Assembly: GCF_006345805.1 (NCBI RefSeq) | Contig: NC_043014.1 | Coordinates: 6,386,001-6,450,000 of the forward strand | Reading direction: 5' to 3' | DNA from: Octopus sinensis | Taxonomy: Eukaryota | DNA length: 64,000 nt | In this document: in pieces, positions 1 to 13,140 of the stretch | Position numbering within the stretch: the first letter of the stretch is position 1 | Layout: every line of letters starts with the position of its first letter | Notes under the pieces: generated by a model | Seen by the model: only the letters and a program-made list of their open reading frames with translations | Database searches by the model: none | What the model was told of the DNA's origin: nothing | Position numbers and translations under genes: made by a program

Positions 1-990
1 TTAAATAAGTACCAGTTACGTACTAGGGTCGATATAATCGAATTAATCCGTTTGTCTGTCCTTGTTTGTCCCCTCTGTGTTTATCCCCTTGTGGCAGTAA
101 AGAAATAGGTATTTCGTCTGTCTTTATGTTCTGAGTTGAAATTGTGCCGAGGTCGGCTTTGCCTGTCATCCTTTCGGGGTCGATTAAATAAGTACCAGTT
201 ACGTACTAGGGTCGATATAATCGAATTAATCCGTTTGTCTGTCCTTGTTTGTCCCCTCTGTGTTATCCCGTTGTGGGCAGTAAAGAAACAGGTATTTCGT
301 CTGTCTTACGTTCTGAGTTCAAATTCTGCCGAGGTTGACTTTGCCTGTCATCCTTTCGGGGTCGATTAAATAAGTACCAGTTACGTACTAGGGTCGATAT
401 AATCGAATTAATCCGTTTGTCTGTCCTTGTTTGTCCCCTCTGTGTTTATCCCCTTGTGGGCAGTAAAGAAATAGGTATTTCGTCTGTTTTTATGTTCTGA
501 GTTGAAATTGTGCCGAGGTCGGCTTTGCCTGTCATCCTTTCGGGGTCGATTAAATAAGTACCAGTTACGTACTAGGGTCGATATAATCGAATTAATCCGT
601 TTGTCTGTCCTTGTTTGTCCCCTCTGTGTTTATCCCCTTGTGGGCAGTAAAGAAATAGGTATTTCGTCTGTCTTTATGTTCTGAGTTGAAATTGTGCCGA
701 GGTCGGCTTTGCCTGTCATCCTTTCGGGGTCGATTAAATAAGTACCAGTTACGTACTAGGGTCGATATAATCGAATTAATCCGTTTGTCTGTCCTTGTTT
801 GTCCCCTCTGTGTTTATCCCATTGTGGGCAGTAAAGAAATAGGTATTTCGTCTGTCTTTACGTTCTGAGTTCAAATTCTGCCGAGGTCGGCTTTGCCTGT
901 CATCTTTTTGGGGTCGATAAATTAAGTACCAGTTGCATACTGGGGTCGATCTAATCGACTAGCTCCTTCCTCCAAAATTTCGGGCCTTGT
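1..990 (+). repeat. Tandem array of a 183-184 bp SINE 3' segment (~5 units)
   Basis: Unit junctions (aaatag|gtatttcgtc) at 109, 292, 475, 659, 843. The unit matches the body of the dispersed SINE at 12290-12522. Confidence 0.9.
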
Positions 991-1715
991 GCCTAGAGTA
1001 GAAAAGAATGATGTAAGGATGGTGGTGATGGTGACGACGATGACGACCACCACGACGGAGTTGAAATAAAATTATGAAAAAAGAACCATACTAATCGCCC
1101 CTACGGAGCAATCGTTGTGATGCTTACACTTCCCTGGCGGTGGATTTACGAGTTCGAATCTCGTAATTGAATTCTTATTCTATTTTATTTATTTACTTGT
1201 ACTTTAATTATTAGTTTCGAATTTCTGTACAAGGCCAGCAGTTTAGGGGAACGCGGTAAGTCGGTTACATTGACCCCCAGTTTCCAACTGGTATTTATTT
1301 TACCGACCACGATAGGATGAAAGGGAAGAATTTGAACTGAGACCGTAGACAGACGAAATGAGGCTAAGCATTTTAGCCGATGGACTAACGATCCTGCCGG
1401 CCTGCTGCCCTATATTCGATCTTTAATTATTGGTTCCCCATTTTAATGCCAGTCCAGCAAGTTCAAGGGAAGGGGCTATGTCGAGTGCATCGACCTCAGT
1501 GTTCAACTGGTACTTATTTCATCGACCCCGAAAGGATAAAAAGGCATCGTCGACCCCGGCGCAATTCGAACTCAGAATGTAAAGACGGACGAAAGACCGC
1601 TAAGCATTTTTCCCTGCGTGCTAACAACTCTGAAAGTGCGCCGCCTCGATTCGTCTTTGAGTCATTAAAATCAATAATTAGCTAGTCTTAATGCCGTTTT
1701 TGTCATTGTTTTCAG

Positions 1716-2097
1716 GTTAATGTATTCGATTCTGCCCCCTTCCGTTGCCAATAAACTGCGACACAACAAACCGGTAGATGCTCTGAAATACGAAGACGTT
1801 ACGATTATGTTCAGCGGAATTGATGGATTTAGTAAATTCTGCGCCGAAAACTCCGATGCGCGCGGTGCTATGAAAATTGTGAAATACCTCAACGATATCT
1901 ACACCAGGTTTGATGTCCTCCTCGATCCAAGAGTCAACCCGGACGTGTACAAAGTGGAAACGGTCGGGGAGAAGTACATGGCTGTGAGCGGTTTGCCAGA
2001 GTTGTGTGAGACCCATGCGAAGTGTATAGCCCACCTTGCGCTCGATCTCATGGACATATCACATGAACTCAGTGACCCCTGTGGCAACCCGATGGTG
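1716..2097 (+). CDS. GUCY1B1: Soluble guanylate cyclase beta-1-like, internal exon (catalytic domain N-half)
   Basis: ttcag acceptor before 1716, gtgagt donor at 2098. Encodes [16 protein letters not shown]...[11 protein letters not shown]...[17 protein letters not shown]...IAHLALDLM, matching the sGC beta-1 motifs LLYSVLPPSVANELRH, FSGIVGF and KVETVGDKYM. Confidence 0.93.
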
Positions 2098-2989
2098 GTG
2101 AGTTTGCTATTGTTGTTGTTGTTGTTGTTGATGTGGTGGTGGTGGTGGTGTTGATGATGATGTTGATAATGGTGATAATGGTGACAGTGATGACGATGAT
2201 GATGGTGATGATTATGACGACAGCGACGATGACGGTAATAATAATGATGATAGTGATGATGATGATGATGATGACCATCATCAGCATTATCATCATCATG
2301 TTTTAGTTCTATTGCAGTTATCATTCTTGCTAATGGTGGTGGTGGGGGCGGTTACAGTGGTGATGGTGGAGGCGGCGGTGGCGGTTGTAGTGGTGGTGGT
2401 GGTGGTTTTCGTGGGTGGTGGTGGTGGTCGTCGTCGTCATAGTGGTAGTGGTAGTGGTCGTCGTCGTCGTCGTCGTTACGACCAACACTGATCAAACGCG
2501 AAGCCATATTGAATTCCTTTTATCCAGGCTCTAGGATAACACAATCTTGTTTTAACGGAGAGATGAAAATGATATTTGGCTGTTATTTCTAGCTTGTTGA
2601 GTGACCAAGCCAATTGTTGCTTAATTCCAAGTCAAATTTGATCTCAATTGACCTAGGATCAAAGGCTTTACAGATAAAAATCCGCTTCCTTCCCATCCCC
2701 ATTTTTTCAGTCATTGTCAAATCTGTTCTCTTCGAAAGACCTTAGAATCCGATTTCAGCTGCGGTTTCCCGCAGGATGTACCAAAAACATTTGGCTTTGT
2801 GGGCCAGATCGAAGCGTAAACAAAAATCTCATCGATTGGATAAAAACAGTTATTCGTAAAATCCCTGTACATTAAGAAGAACGAAGTAAATGGAAAATGA
2901 GAAGGGGCGGCGCTGTGTACATTATAACAACTCTATTAAAATGATGAAAGTAGAGTGTGCGAAGTAACAGCAAATTGTATGTGGTTATG

Positions 2990-3305
2990 CCACTCTTCTA
3001 CATGTTAGTTCCTTCTCGAACCATACCTGGCTCATAAGGGCCGGTTTCCTGGTTTCCTTGGCGTATAGGTTCCCCACCTGGACGGGACGCCGGTCCGTCG
3101 CAGGTGAGCTGCAAGATGCAGGAGGAAAGAGTGAGAGAAAATTGTGACGAAAGAGTCAGCAGAGGTTCGTCATTATCTTCTGCCGGAGCCGCGTGGAGCT
3201 GAGGTGATTCGCTCATAAACACACAAATCGCCCGGTCCGAGATTCGAACCCGCGATCCCTCAACCGCGAGTCCGCTGCTCTAACCACTAGGCCGTGTGCC
3301 TCCAC
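2990..3305 (-). mobile_element. tRNA-derived SINE, related subfamily
   Basis: Minus strand gtggaggcacacggcctagtggttagagcagcggactcgcgg...gggttcgaatc. Confidence 0.75.
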
Positions 3306-3807
3306 ACTCTTCCACGTGGTTTTAACCACAGTGTTCCCAATAAGAATCCTTTGAGACAAACAAAAACTGCTGAAGCATATATTGGAATGTGCGAGGGTTA
3401 TTTCAAATCAGAAACCACAGATTTCTTCTTAGATATGTAAACCAAAAATAGCAAAGCACTATGAGTTCATATATGTTATTTGAAAGATTATAGCATTTAT
3501 GACTTAAATAATACCGAGTTTATGATGTAACTCATTAGCATATATATCCTTCCTGCAAATCACTGTGAGCTTGTTGAAGACAGGAAATATGTCTTCCGCA
3601 ATTGGACGTACATCTAAAGAAGAAAGCATATGTGTGTGTGTGCATGTTTGCCTGCGAGTTTGTGTGTATGCGTGTATATGTGTGTATGCATGTCTATGTA
3701 CGCATGTATGTGTGTGGACGTTTATACTTCTCTCGAGTGTATCCCATGTGTAATATACATTTGAGTCAAAATGTTAATGTAAGTCTGCTGTCGTCTTCCA
3801 CATTCAG

Positions 3808-3962
3808 ATTACAATCGGAATACACACCGGTGAAGTTGTGACTGGCGTCATCGGCAAAAGGATGCCCCGTTATTGTCTGTTTGGAAACACGGTGAACCTG
3901 GCCAGTCGGACTGAAACTACGGGAGTGAAAGGAAGAATCAACATTTCTAATTCAACTTACAA
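3808..3962 (+). CDS. GUCY1B1: Soluble guanylate cyclase beta-1-like, penultimate coding exon
   Basis: cattcag acceptor, phase 0. Encodes [51 protein letters not shown], with the GTP-specific RYCLFG and N...R catalytic motif. gtgagt donor at 3963 (phase 2). Confidence 0.95.
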
Positions 3963-4057
3963 GTGAGTAAACGGCATCGTTTCCTTTTTGTCAGCCTCTA
4001 TCGATTTCTGTTCATATCTCAATCTCTTCCCATCTTTTTCGTTTACGTATGAGTTAG

Positions 4058-4091
<34 letters not shown>

Positions 4092-4096
<5 letters not shown>

Positions 4097-4468
4097 AAAA
4101 AAGCAACAAGAATGGACCAATATTTCGGTACAATTGTTTCGTACGAAGACATCTTTATTAAGGCTGCAAATATTCCAGTAAATATAAGTGACCCGTACTC
4201 ATCAGCCGAAAAAACATTTTAGTTCTCCAAACATATAAGGGTGTGATGTTACACTCCTGAAACATCGGGTATAGTTCTATAAAAATAAGATTTTGGTAAC
4301 AAATGGACTTCTAAAAGTTATTTTAGTGTTGCACAGTCATATAACGGGTTTTAAAAAAGTATTTCAAAAAACTTATATTTACTGCAATATTTGCAGCCTT
4401 AATAAAGATGTCTTCGTACGAAACAATTGTACCGAAATATTGATCCATTCTTGTTGCTTTTTTCTTAT
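4092..4468. repeat. Foldback/MITE-like element with 83-bp inverted arms
   Basis: 4092-4174 vs 4386-4468, one mismatch; left side abuts (TA)n. Confidence 0.8.
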
Positions 4469-4585
4469 TTATAATCACCCCGCATTATCTTATGGTTAAC
4501 ACCATATAGATTTCTGGTGCATCTTAGTTAAGTATCGCATTCATGTGAATTCAACAGAACTCACTTGAATCTTAATTACTTTTAC

Positions 4586-4617
<32 letters not shown>

Positions 4618-5162
4618 TAGTCATGCCGAGCGTGAAGAGTAAAAGAGTAAAAAAAAGAGTAAAAAGAGTATATATATACATATATATATATATTATAAAC
4701 ATATATATTATAATATAATATATATATATATATACATAGATACATATACATATCAACATATATATAAATATATATACACATATATATATATACATATATA
4801 TATTGTTTGTCCTGTACTGTTTTTTCGTTGTTAAAAAAAGTCCGTTATCTTGTTTGATTTTATGTTTTCGTTTCTCGCTGTGTTCTACGTTTATTTGTGG
4901 TGTCCTGTACTCATATATGCATGTATATATACATATAGATGTAAGTATGTACATATATGTATGTATATATGCATATGTTTTATTTATTTATTATATTGTT
5001 ATTATATGACCGAGCGTACGCGTTGTTTGCTCTTCAAGTAAGTTTTTATTTGAATAATCATGACGCGCACTCTTACTCTTTACTTGAGCGTTCCTCCCTG
5101 CCTGTCTGTCTTCCTCTCTACCTGTCACTCTCCTTATTTTTCACCCTTTCTTGTTTCTTTTC

Positions 5163-5195
<33 letters not shown>

Positions 5196-5737
5196 CTCCT
5201 CTTCCTCCTCTCTCTGGCCGTTGACCGGAGTGCTACTAAAACTTTCTGCCCGTGCTTTCAACAAGCCATCATCGACTTCTCTGTCTTTCGCAAGCCGATT
5301 TTTCACATGCGTTCTAACTAATTTTTCCACCGTCTAGGCTTAAAAAAAGCTCTTATTGTTGGTTTTCTTGTCTGTTATTTCTTATTTGTACTGTTTGTTT
5401 TTTTCATTTGCATTGCTTTACGTCCTGTTCTTGTCACTTGTTTTACCCCTGTGCAAAAGAATTTTATTTAATTCCTTTTGCAAGAAGGATTGTTTCGGCC
5501 GGGTCGTGTTCTGCCCTTACCTTCGAAACACGCACTGAGTCGAACCAGGGGCAGCTGATGAAGGGAATTTTCAATGTATTGTTTGTCCTGTACTCTGTTT
5601 TCTCGTTGTTAAAAAAAGTCCGTTTCCTTGTTTGATTTTATGTTTTCGTTTCTCATTGTGTTCTACGTTTATTTGTGGTGTCCTGTACTCATATATGCAT
5701 GTATATATGCATATAGATGTAAGCATGTACATATATG

Positions 5738-5845
5738 TTGCTAAAAAGCATTCGTGAAGTAAAACCATGTAGCAACACCAAATGGCGGTGCCCCAGCATG
5801 GCCACAGCTCATGAGCTGAAACTAGAATCAATCAATCAATCAATC
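5738..5845 (+). mobile_element. Short 3' stub of the CR1-group LINE
   Basis: Matches the reverse complement of ~43063-43170, including the (aatc)n tail. Confidence 0.8.
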
Positions 5846-5890
5846 ATATGTATGTATATATGCATATGCTTTATTTATTTATTATATTGT

Positions 5891-5930
<40 letters not shown>

Positions 5931-6177
5931 AGAGTTTACCAAAAAAACAAAAGACGAAAACAGGTGGTGTACAAAACAAACAGATGTATTAGTATAACGC
6001 TCAGGAATAGAAAAAGTCTTATACGTTTCGAGCCTACGCTCTTCTACAGAAAGGGACACAGAAGAAAATAAGGAGAGAAAAAAATGTGTGTAGTGGCTAA
6101 CGATCTATCATGGCGCCTATATATATATATATATATATAACAATATATAATATTCCTTCAAATATTAATTAATATAT

Positions 6178-6224
<47 letters not shown>

Positions 6225-6357
6225 TATGTATGTATGTATGTATGTATGTAGTATGTATGTATGCATGCATGCATGTATGTATGTATGCATGTATGTATGC
6301 ATGTATATGTCCATATAGATATGAAACTATCAGTCTATATATTTTATCTCTCGACAG

Positions 6358-6511
6358 GTGTCTCCAGGAACCTGAATGCCTCGACGAAAGCCTAAATTTT
6401 GAGTACCGTGGTGAAGTAATGATGAAAGGAAAGAAGGAACCAATGCCTTGTTGGTTTTTGTCGCGAAGACCCCTTGGACAACTTGAGACATCGTTCGTTG
6501 TAGACCTATAA
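6358..6511 (+). CDS. GUCY1B1: Soluble guanylate cyclase beta-1-like, terminal coding exon
   Basis: tcgacag acceptor, phase 2 compatible with the previous exon. Encodes [50 protein letters not shown], matching the [14 protein letters not shown] motif. Confidence 0.92.
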
Positions 6512-6577
6512 GACATTGAATTGAACTCCATACATACATACATACATACATATACGTGTGTGTGTTATATATATATA

Positions 6578-6642
<65 letters not shown>

Positions 6643-6645
6643 CAT

Positions 6646-6677
<32 letters not shown>

Positions 6678-7119
6678 GTGTGGTGTGTGTGTGTGTTGTA
6701 CGTATGTATGTATAACATGTACATAAAAATGGCTGCCGTCAAAATATCCCGGTTTCTTGAAATTAAGACTATATTTGTGAGATCGCATACTGGTTAAGCC
6801 TGCCCCTAGTATATGGTTCCTAAGAAGAAAAAAATATATATATATATATATATATCCAAACATACACACACAAATACACACATATGTACATATGCATATC
6901 TGTGTATATATAAAGTTTAAATACACGCTTGTATTAAACGTGTGGAGAGACTTATAAATCTGACAGTGTATACATATATACATACATACACACACAAGTG
7001 CACACCCACGCATACAAGCACACACATACACATGCATATTATGTGTGTGTGTACACATATACATATATATATCTATGTATGTGTATATATATATATATAT
7101 ATTATATATATATATGTAC

Positions 7120-7197
<78 letters not shown>

Positions 7198-7354
7198 GAC
7201 TATAATTCCTTTACAGTAATATATGCACAACCTTATTATGTATATATAAGATATATCATTCAACATTGTTCACACAGGAAACACAGGTATACATATATTT
7301 GTACACACGCACCGACATTTATGTGTGTGTGTATAAATATACTTATACTTACTT

Positions 7355-7903
7355 TCATACTTTGATAGGTTTTGGCCATTATTGGCCCAGGCCATGTCTA
7401 ACTTAATAGCACCACCTGGTGAAGTCTTTCAAGTCAGAATTTGGGCACTATGGCCCACTCAAGTAGAGAGTTATTGTTTACAGAGACTATCCGGGTGTAG
7501 GGGGTTTATCCGGATTTCTTGAAGGAATCTGTCCAAAGACTTCTTGAACCCTATAGGGTCAGTTTCTGTTTTAATGTGTTTTGTGTAATGTTAAAGAGAG
7601 CGGGGCAATTGAGGTGAAATAATTGTGCCGTATTGTTGTTATGAGATGAAGTGCGATTTTTGTTTTTGGGCGGATGGCACGGGGCAAGCCTTGGATGTAC
7701 CTTGAAGGTGATGCCAACATCATTTGGGCAATGCTGATGGAATATTTTCCACATCATGCAGATGATGTAGCGCTCACGACGACGTTGGAGAGAATAAGTT
7801 TTAGCTTTTCTAGTCGACCCCAATAGTCGAAGCCTGTCATGCCATCTATCTTTTTTGTGATTGCCCTTTGAGGTGCTTCAACTTTTATGATACCTTGTAT
7901 TGT
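7355..7903 (-). mobile_element. 5'-truncated 3' fragment of the same CR1-like LINE
   Basis: Near-identical to ~20210-20770 (about 7 substitutions plus small indels by eye). Confidence 0.88.
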
Positions 7904-8259
7904 ATGTATATATATATATAATATATATATATTATATAATATATATATATATATATATATGTACGTATATATATAATATTTATGTATGTATATATGTATA
8001 TATGTATATACATGTATATGTATATGTATGTTTTATATATATGGTATATACATGTGTGTGCATATATATGTATATGTATACATATATATATATGTATATA
8101 TATTACATGTGTATATTTTATATATATATATATATATAATATATATATATATATACATATGTATTATATATATATACATATACATATATGTATATATATA
8201 TTTTATATGTATATATTTATATATACGTATTTATATATATACGTATATATAAGCGTGTA

Positions 8260-8378
8260 TGTCTCCGAAACAATAACTCTCTGCTCGAATGGGCCTTGGT
8301 GCCCAAATCCTGAACTGAAAGACTTCACCAGTGGTGCTATTAGTTAGACATGACCTGGGCCAATAGTGGCCAAAACCT
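8260..8378 (+). mobile_element. CR1-like LINE 3' end, opposite orientation
   Basis: Reverse complement of ~7367-7487. Confidence 0.8.
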
Positions 8379-8395
8379 TTCTAAGTTATTCTAAG

Positions 8396-8441
<46 letters not shown>

Positions 8442-9208
8442 ATATATTTATATATACATACACACACACAACGCACACACACACACACTACACACACACA
8501 CACACAGATATTTATATCGCAAATGTATACTGCATTTATACGGTGTGTATATTGATGCTATTTACGTTTCGTGCTGCTCATAACGTGTGTTCTTTTAAAC
8601 ACAGTATTCTTTTGGTTAATCTGATGCCATGCAATGGTTTTCAGCTTACAAGCTCGGCAGGTATTCTACCTACACCGAGACAGTCTTTTGTACGATTAAC
8701 GGGTGAGAATCAAATTTTATCTTCGAAAGGCCAACATCTGTAAGAATACGTTCGTAGTGAGACAGGCGATGTAAACTTGGAGACGAATTGGCGGTGGCGT
8801 ATTTTTGGCGCTGCAACCGTTACATTTTGCTTCAGGTAGATGTTCGAAAGGAATATTTCAAAAGGGTTTGTCGTGGTTGGCGTTCAAGATGTAAGGAGAA
8901 GACTAACAGCACTTATGCGGATTATTCGCTCCATATGCAGAGAATGCACTCGACCTTTGAACTTGTGGCTGCAAAACGATCTTCCGATCCCTTCGGGCAT
9001 ACTTCAGACACATCCATCCATAAATATATACACTCATAAACACACACATACACTCCTTCATATATATATATATATGCATGCACACACTCAGACAAACATA
9101 CATACATGGTCAAATATAGACAGACTGTATATAGTAATTACAAATTTAATATGGAAAACAGTAAACTGTGCACAATATTCATAAATATATATATATATAA
9201 TTGTATAT

Positions 9209-9438
<230 letters not shown>

Positions 9439-9851
9439 GTGTGTATATATATATAGATATATACATATAATTATATATATATATATATATATATACATAT
9501 AGATATATATATATACGGTTATATATTAGTTGTATGCCCTTTACTGTATTGTCTAACTTAGTTTCTCAGAAGAAAGACCCATTAAACTGTAGCGGTTCGC
9601 TCTGATGCCACCGTCCGAGTGATCAGTCGGGTTTTTCTCACATCTGCAAAGCTGTAAATAATGCAAATCGAAACCAAACTGTTAATACAAATAAATATAT
9701 ATTCTACGAAACGTGCTGAGTGTTCTTTTTCTTTCATTTTAAAACTTATCTGTAAATTCGTACATGCATCTGTGTTTGACATATTTATAACCGATCTTAC
9801 ACCACTGATGGCACCATGTGATCCGTCTTGAATATATGTGTGTGTGTGTTA

Positions 9852-9882
<31 letters not shown>

Positions 9883-9972
9883 CATGCGTGCGTACGTGCG
9901 TGCGTGCGTGTGTGTGCGTGTGTAAATATTATAATAAATCAAAACGACCACAAATCGAAATAGGAGACTATA

Positions 9973-10369
9973 TCTATATATATAAAAGTGAGGTTGTGTG
10001 CTGTCTGTTTCCTACGATTTAGATTCTAAACTACTCCCACATTTTGCGGTGCAGTTTAATCAAAACCAGGTATCTTATAGTCGTGATTCATATCGAGCCC
10101 TTCTGGGTATTAGCGCGCGTCTACGATGAGTCTACGATTTAAAAAAAAATTTACCATCAATTTTTCCCATTTTTTAATGCATTTTTAGCATATATAAGGG
10201 AAGTAACTCTCTAAAAATATATTATTAAATCTCAGAACGTAAAAAGCTACAGTAACCCCCCCTCCTTGTGGTTAGCCATATTGAGATGGCTATTATACTT
10301 TACATCTCTAAAAATGCTTATACAGTTATTTCCCTTACAAACCCGAGCATGGCCGGGCGATACTGCTAG
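9973..10369 (+). mobile_element. Non-autonomous Helitron-like element
   Basis: 5' TC, 3' CTAG, subterminal CCCG...CGGG hairpin, inserted between A and T with no TSD. Empty orthologous sites near 29110 and 54022. Confidence 0.85.
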
Positions 10370-10732
10370 TGATTTATAAAAGTTTAAAAAAGGCGTGCAA
10401 CAAATCAACCACCCCACCACCACACACCGCCATACACACACACACTTCTTTTTACAGATTTAATAATATTTTGGCAAAGAATCCCGCATTTTCCCGATTT
10501 CGCTGTTTTCACATTCCCAAAGCTGAATGTTTCGAATCCAGAAACGCGGTTCACTTACTTTGGAACAATTTCTCTTCTTTTATTCGAATTCCAAAGAGAT
10601 TTTCTTGAAGAATTTAGCAGCGTTTTCTAAATTCAAAATACTCAGTTTTTTGGTAACTTACTGAATTAGCAAAAGCAGAGATTCTTTGCTGAAACAATTT
10701 CATACATTTAAATACTTAAAACACAACTCCTT

Positions 10733-10792
<60 letters not shown>

Positions 10793-11296
10793 AATATATA
10801 TGTGTGTGTGTGTGTATGACGATAAAAGCATCTTCTGTGTTGCTCCCGGAATAGTGAAAGTGAAGGTAAATATATGAAATGTACTTCTCTTTTTGGTTTT
10901 TTTTTTCCTTTTTTAGGGGGCAGGGGGTTCTTACACCTTCAACTCCTTTATTTTAAATTTGCATTCTTCCGGTTTTTAATGAAATTTAATGTTAAATGTC
11001 GGTGTGTGTGTGAGAGAGAGAGTATTAGTGAATGATGATGAGAGTGTGTGTGCATGTGTGCGTGTATGTGTATGTGTTAGTGTGGGTATGTGTGTTTGTG
11101 CGTGTATGCCGGAGGTTTATAAACCCAGCGGAAGTTTTTGGAATAGCTATGCAAAAAAAAAAATGGTTAAGCAGCAAGTCGACATCCCACCTGACCGGAA
11201 GGGAGACTGGAGCAACGTGAAATGAAGTGATTTGATCAAGAGCATAAATGCATACATACATGCATGCATGCATACATACATACATACATACATACT

Positions 11297-11762
11297 AGCA
11301 GGTGTGGCTGTGTGGTAAGAAGATTGCTTCCAAACCATACGTTTCCGGGTTCATTTCCCCAGTGTGGGTACCTCGGGAGGGTGTTTTCTACTACAGCCTC
11401 AGGCCGACTAAATCCTTGTGAGTTGATGTGGTAGACGGAAATTGAATGAAGCCCGTCGTATATATATATATATAAGAATATATATGTATTTATCTATATA
11501 CGTGTGTGTGTGTGTGTGTGTGTGTGTGTCTGAGTGTGTGCATGTGTGTGTCTGAGTGTCTGTGTTTGTCCCCGACCACAGCTTGACAACTTGCGTTGGT
11601 GTGTTTACGTCCCCGTAACATAGCAACTCAGCAAAAGTGACGGATAGAATAAGTACTAGACATCCAAAGAATAAGTCCTGAGGGTCGATTTGTTCGACTG
11701 AGACCCGTCAAGGTGGTGCTCCAGCATGGCCGCAGTCAAATGACTGAATCAAGTAAAAGAAT
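11297..11762 (+). mobile_element. Second SINE family copy
   Basis: Same head, body and tail as 17011-17400. Confidence 0.8.
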
Positions 11763-12253
11763 AAAAGAATATGTAAACTTTAACAGCGTCTCCTTCGAAA
11801 GGGTCACCTTGCGCAGCAATACACTGCCCCCAGCGTCCTTGCCACCTTGCGATTGCGGCCTGGGAGTCGTTTGGCGTAAGCGAGTCGAGGACCTTACGCT
11901 CTGGATCTCGATAACCGTGTTAAAAACGGTCACCTTTCAGCTGCCTGTTCATCTTGAGGAAAGAGATGGAAGTCCGCAGGTACTGAATCTTGCGAATAGA
12001 GCAAATGCAAAAGCAATACCATGCTGAAGCTCAAGAGTGAGAAGACCTTAGTGTCAGGGTGACAGGGTGCCTTGTCGTCTGATCCTCAACATGAAGAATG
12101 GGTCATCAGCGTCACGCTGACAAAGTTCTTGACAGACTTCGATGCGATGTAATTTCTACTCAACTGACGAAAGGCAATGAAGAAAGTAGGCAGAAACACG
12201 CCGCATGTCCAATTCAGACGTTTCGATTGCCTGCGCGACAAACCAGCAACATC

Positions 12254-12640
12254 ACGTGGAGGCGCAATGGCCCAGTGGTTAGGGCAGTTTAAGGCGGCGA
12301 GCTGGCAGAAACGTTAGCATGCCGGGCGAAATGCTTAGCGGTATTTCGTCTGCGTTACGTTGTGAGTTCAAATTCCGCCGAGGTCGACTTTGCCTTTCAT
12401 CCTTTCGGGGTCGATAAATTAAGTACCAGTTACGCACTGGGGTCGATATAATCGACTTAATACCTATGTCTGTCCTTGTTTGTCTCCTCTGTGTTTAGCC
12501 CCTTGTGGGTAATAAAGAAATAGGTTAGGGCAGTTACGATTCCCAGACCGGGCCTGGTGTGTGTTTATTGAGCGAAAACACCTAAAGCTCCACGAGTCTC
12601 CGGCAGGGGGTGTTGGCGACTCCTGTTGTACTCTTTTGCC
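12254..12640 (+). mobile_element. tRNA-derived SINE (host of the nested insertion)
   Basis: cgtggaggcgcaatggcccagtggttagggc head; resumes cgattcccagaccgggc after the insert. Confidence 0.8.
12290..12522 (+). mobile_element. SINE nested in another SINE, with 13-bp TSD
   Basis: ggttagggcagtt at 12277-12289 and 12523-12535. Confidence 0.85.
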
Positions 12641-12859
12641 CCAACTTTCTCTCACTCTTTTCTTCCTGTTTCTTGTCCCCGACTTCCTACGCAACCGCTG
12701 AGCCTGGATGCGCATTCATCCATCCGTCGATGCTCTCGGTGTCGAGGGTTGACCTGCTTTCTCTTTTCTGCGGGTCTTACGAATAGCAAAGGACCACGTT
12801 TCGGACTTCTCCCATCTTGCGAGCTCTGGGACGAAGACCGCTTCGCCCAACAGCAACAG

Positions 12860-13140
12860 CAACCAGCATCATCAACCATGTCACTGATTGTCATCCGACG
12901 ATCCCCGTGCACAAGCTGATAAATTTTCTTCACATTTCCGGGGTTGACGCACGAAGCAGGTCTCCCAGATCGCTCATCCTCTCCCAGGAAAGATCTTCCG
13001 CTTTTGAAGTGACCGTACCTTTCGAAACATTGCGTGCAACCCGTTGCTTCGTGGTCCTAAGCTTGCTGAAGCAGGCTTAGAGTCTCCGTAGCAGACCTCC
13101 CGAGTTTAACGCCAAATTTTACGCTCACTCTCTGTTCCAA
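12860..13140 (-). mobile_element. Mariner transposase remnant
   Basis: Minus strand FERYGHFKSGRSFLGEDERSGRP...VKKIYQLVHGDRRMTI. Confidence 0.7.

Noticed and set aside
1-990. Regularly spaced repeats as a CRISPR array
   Set aside because: The whole 183-bp unit repeats with no unique spacers, it matches a dispersed SINE, the context is eukaryotic and no cas genes are present.
1899-2324. 141-aa His-rich minus-strand ORF
   Set aside because: Antisense to the sGC exon plus an intronic (GAT/GGT)n microsatellite; no independent support.
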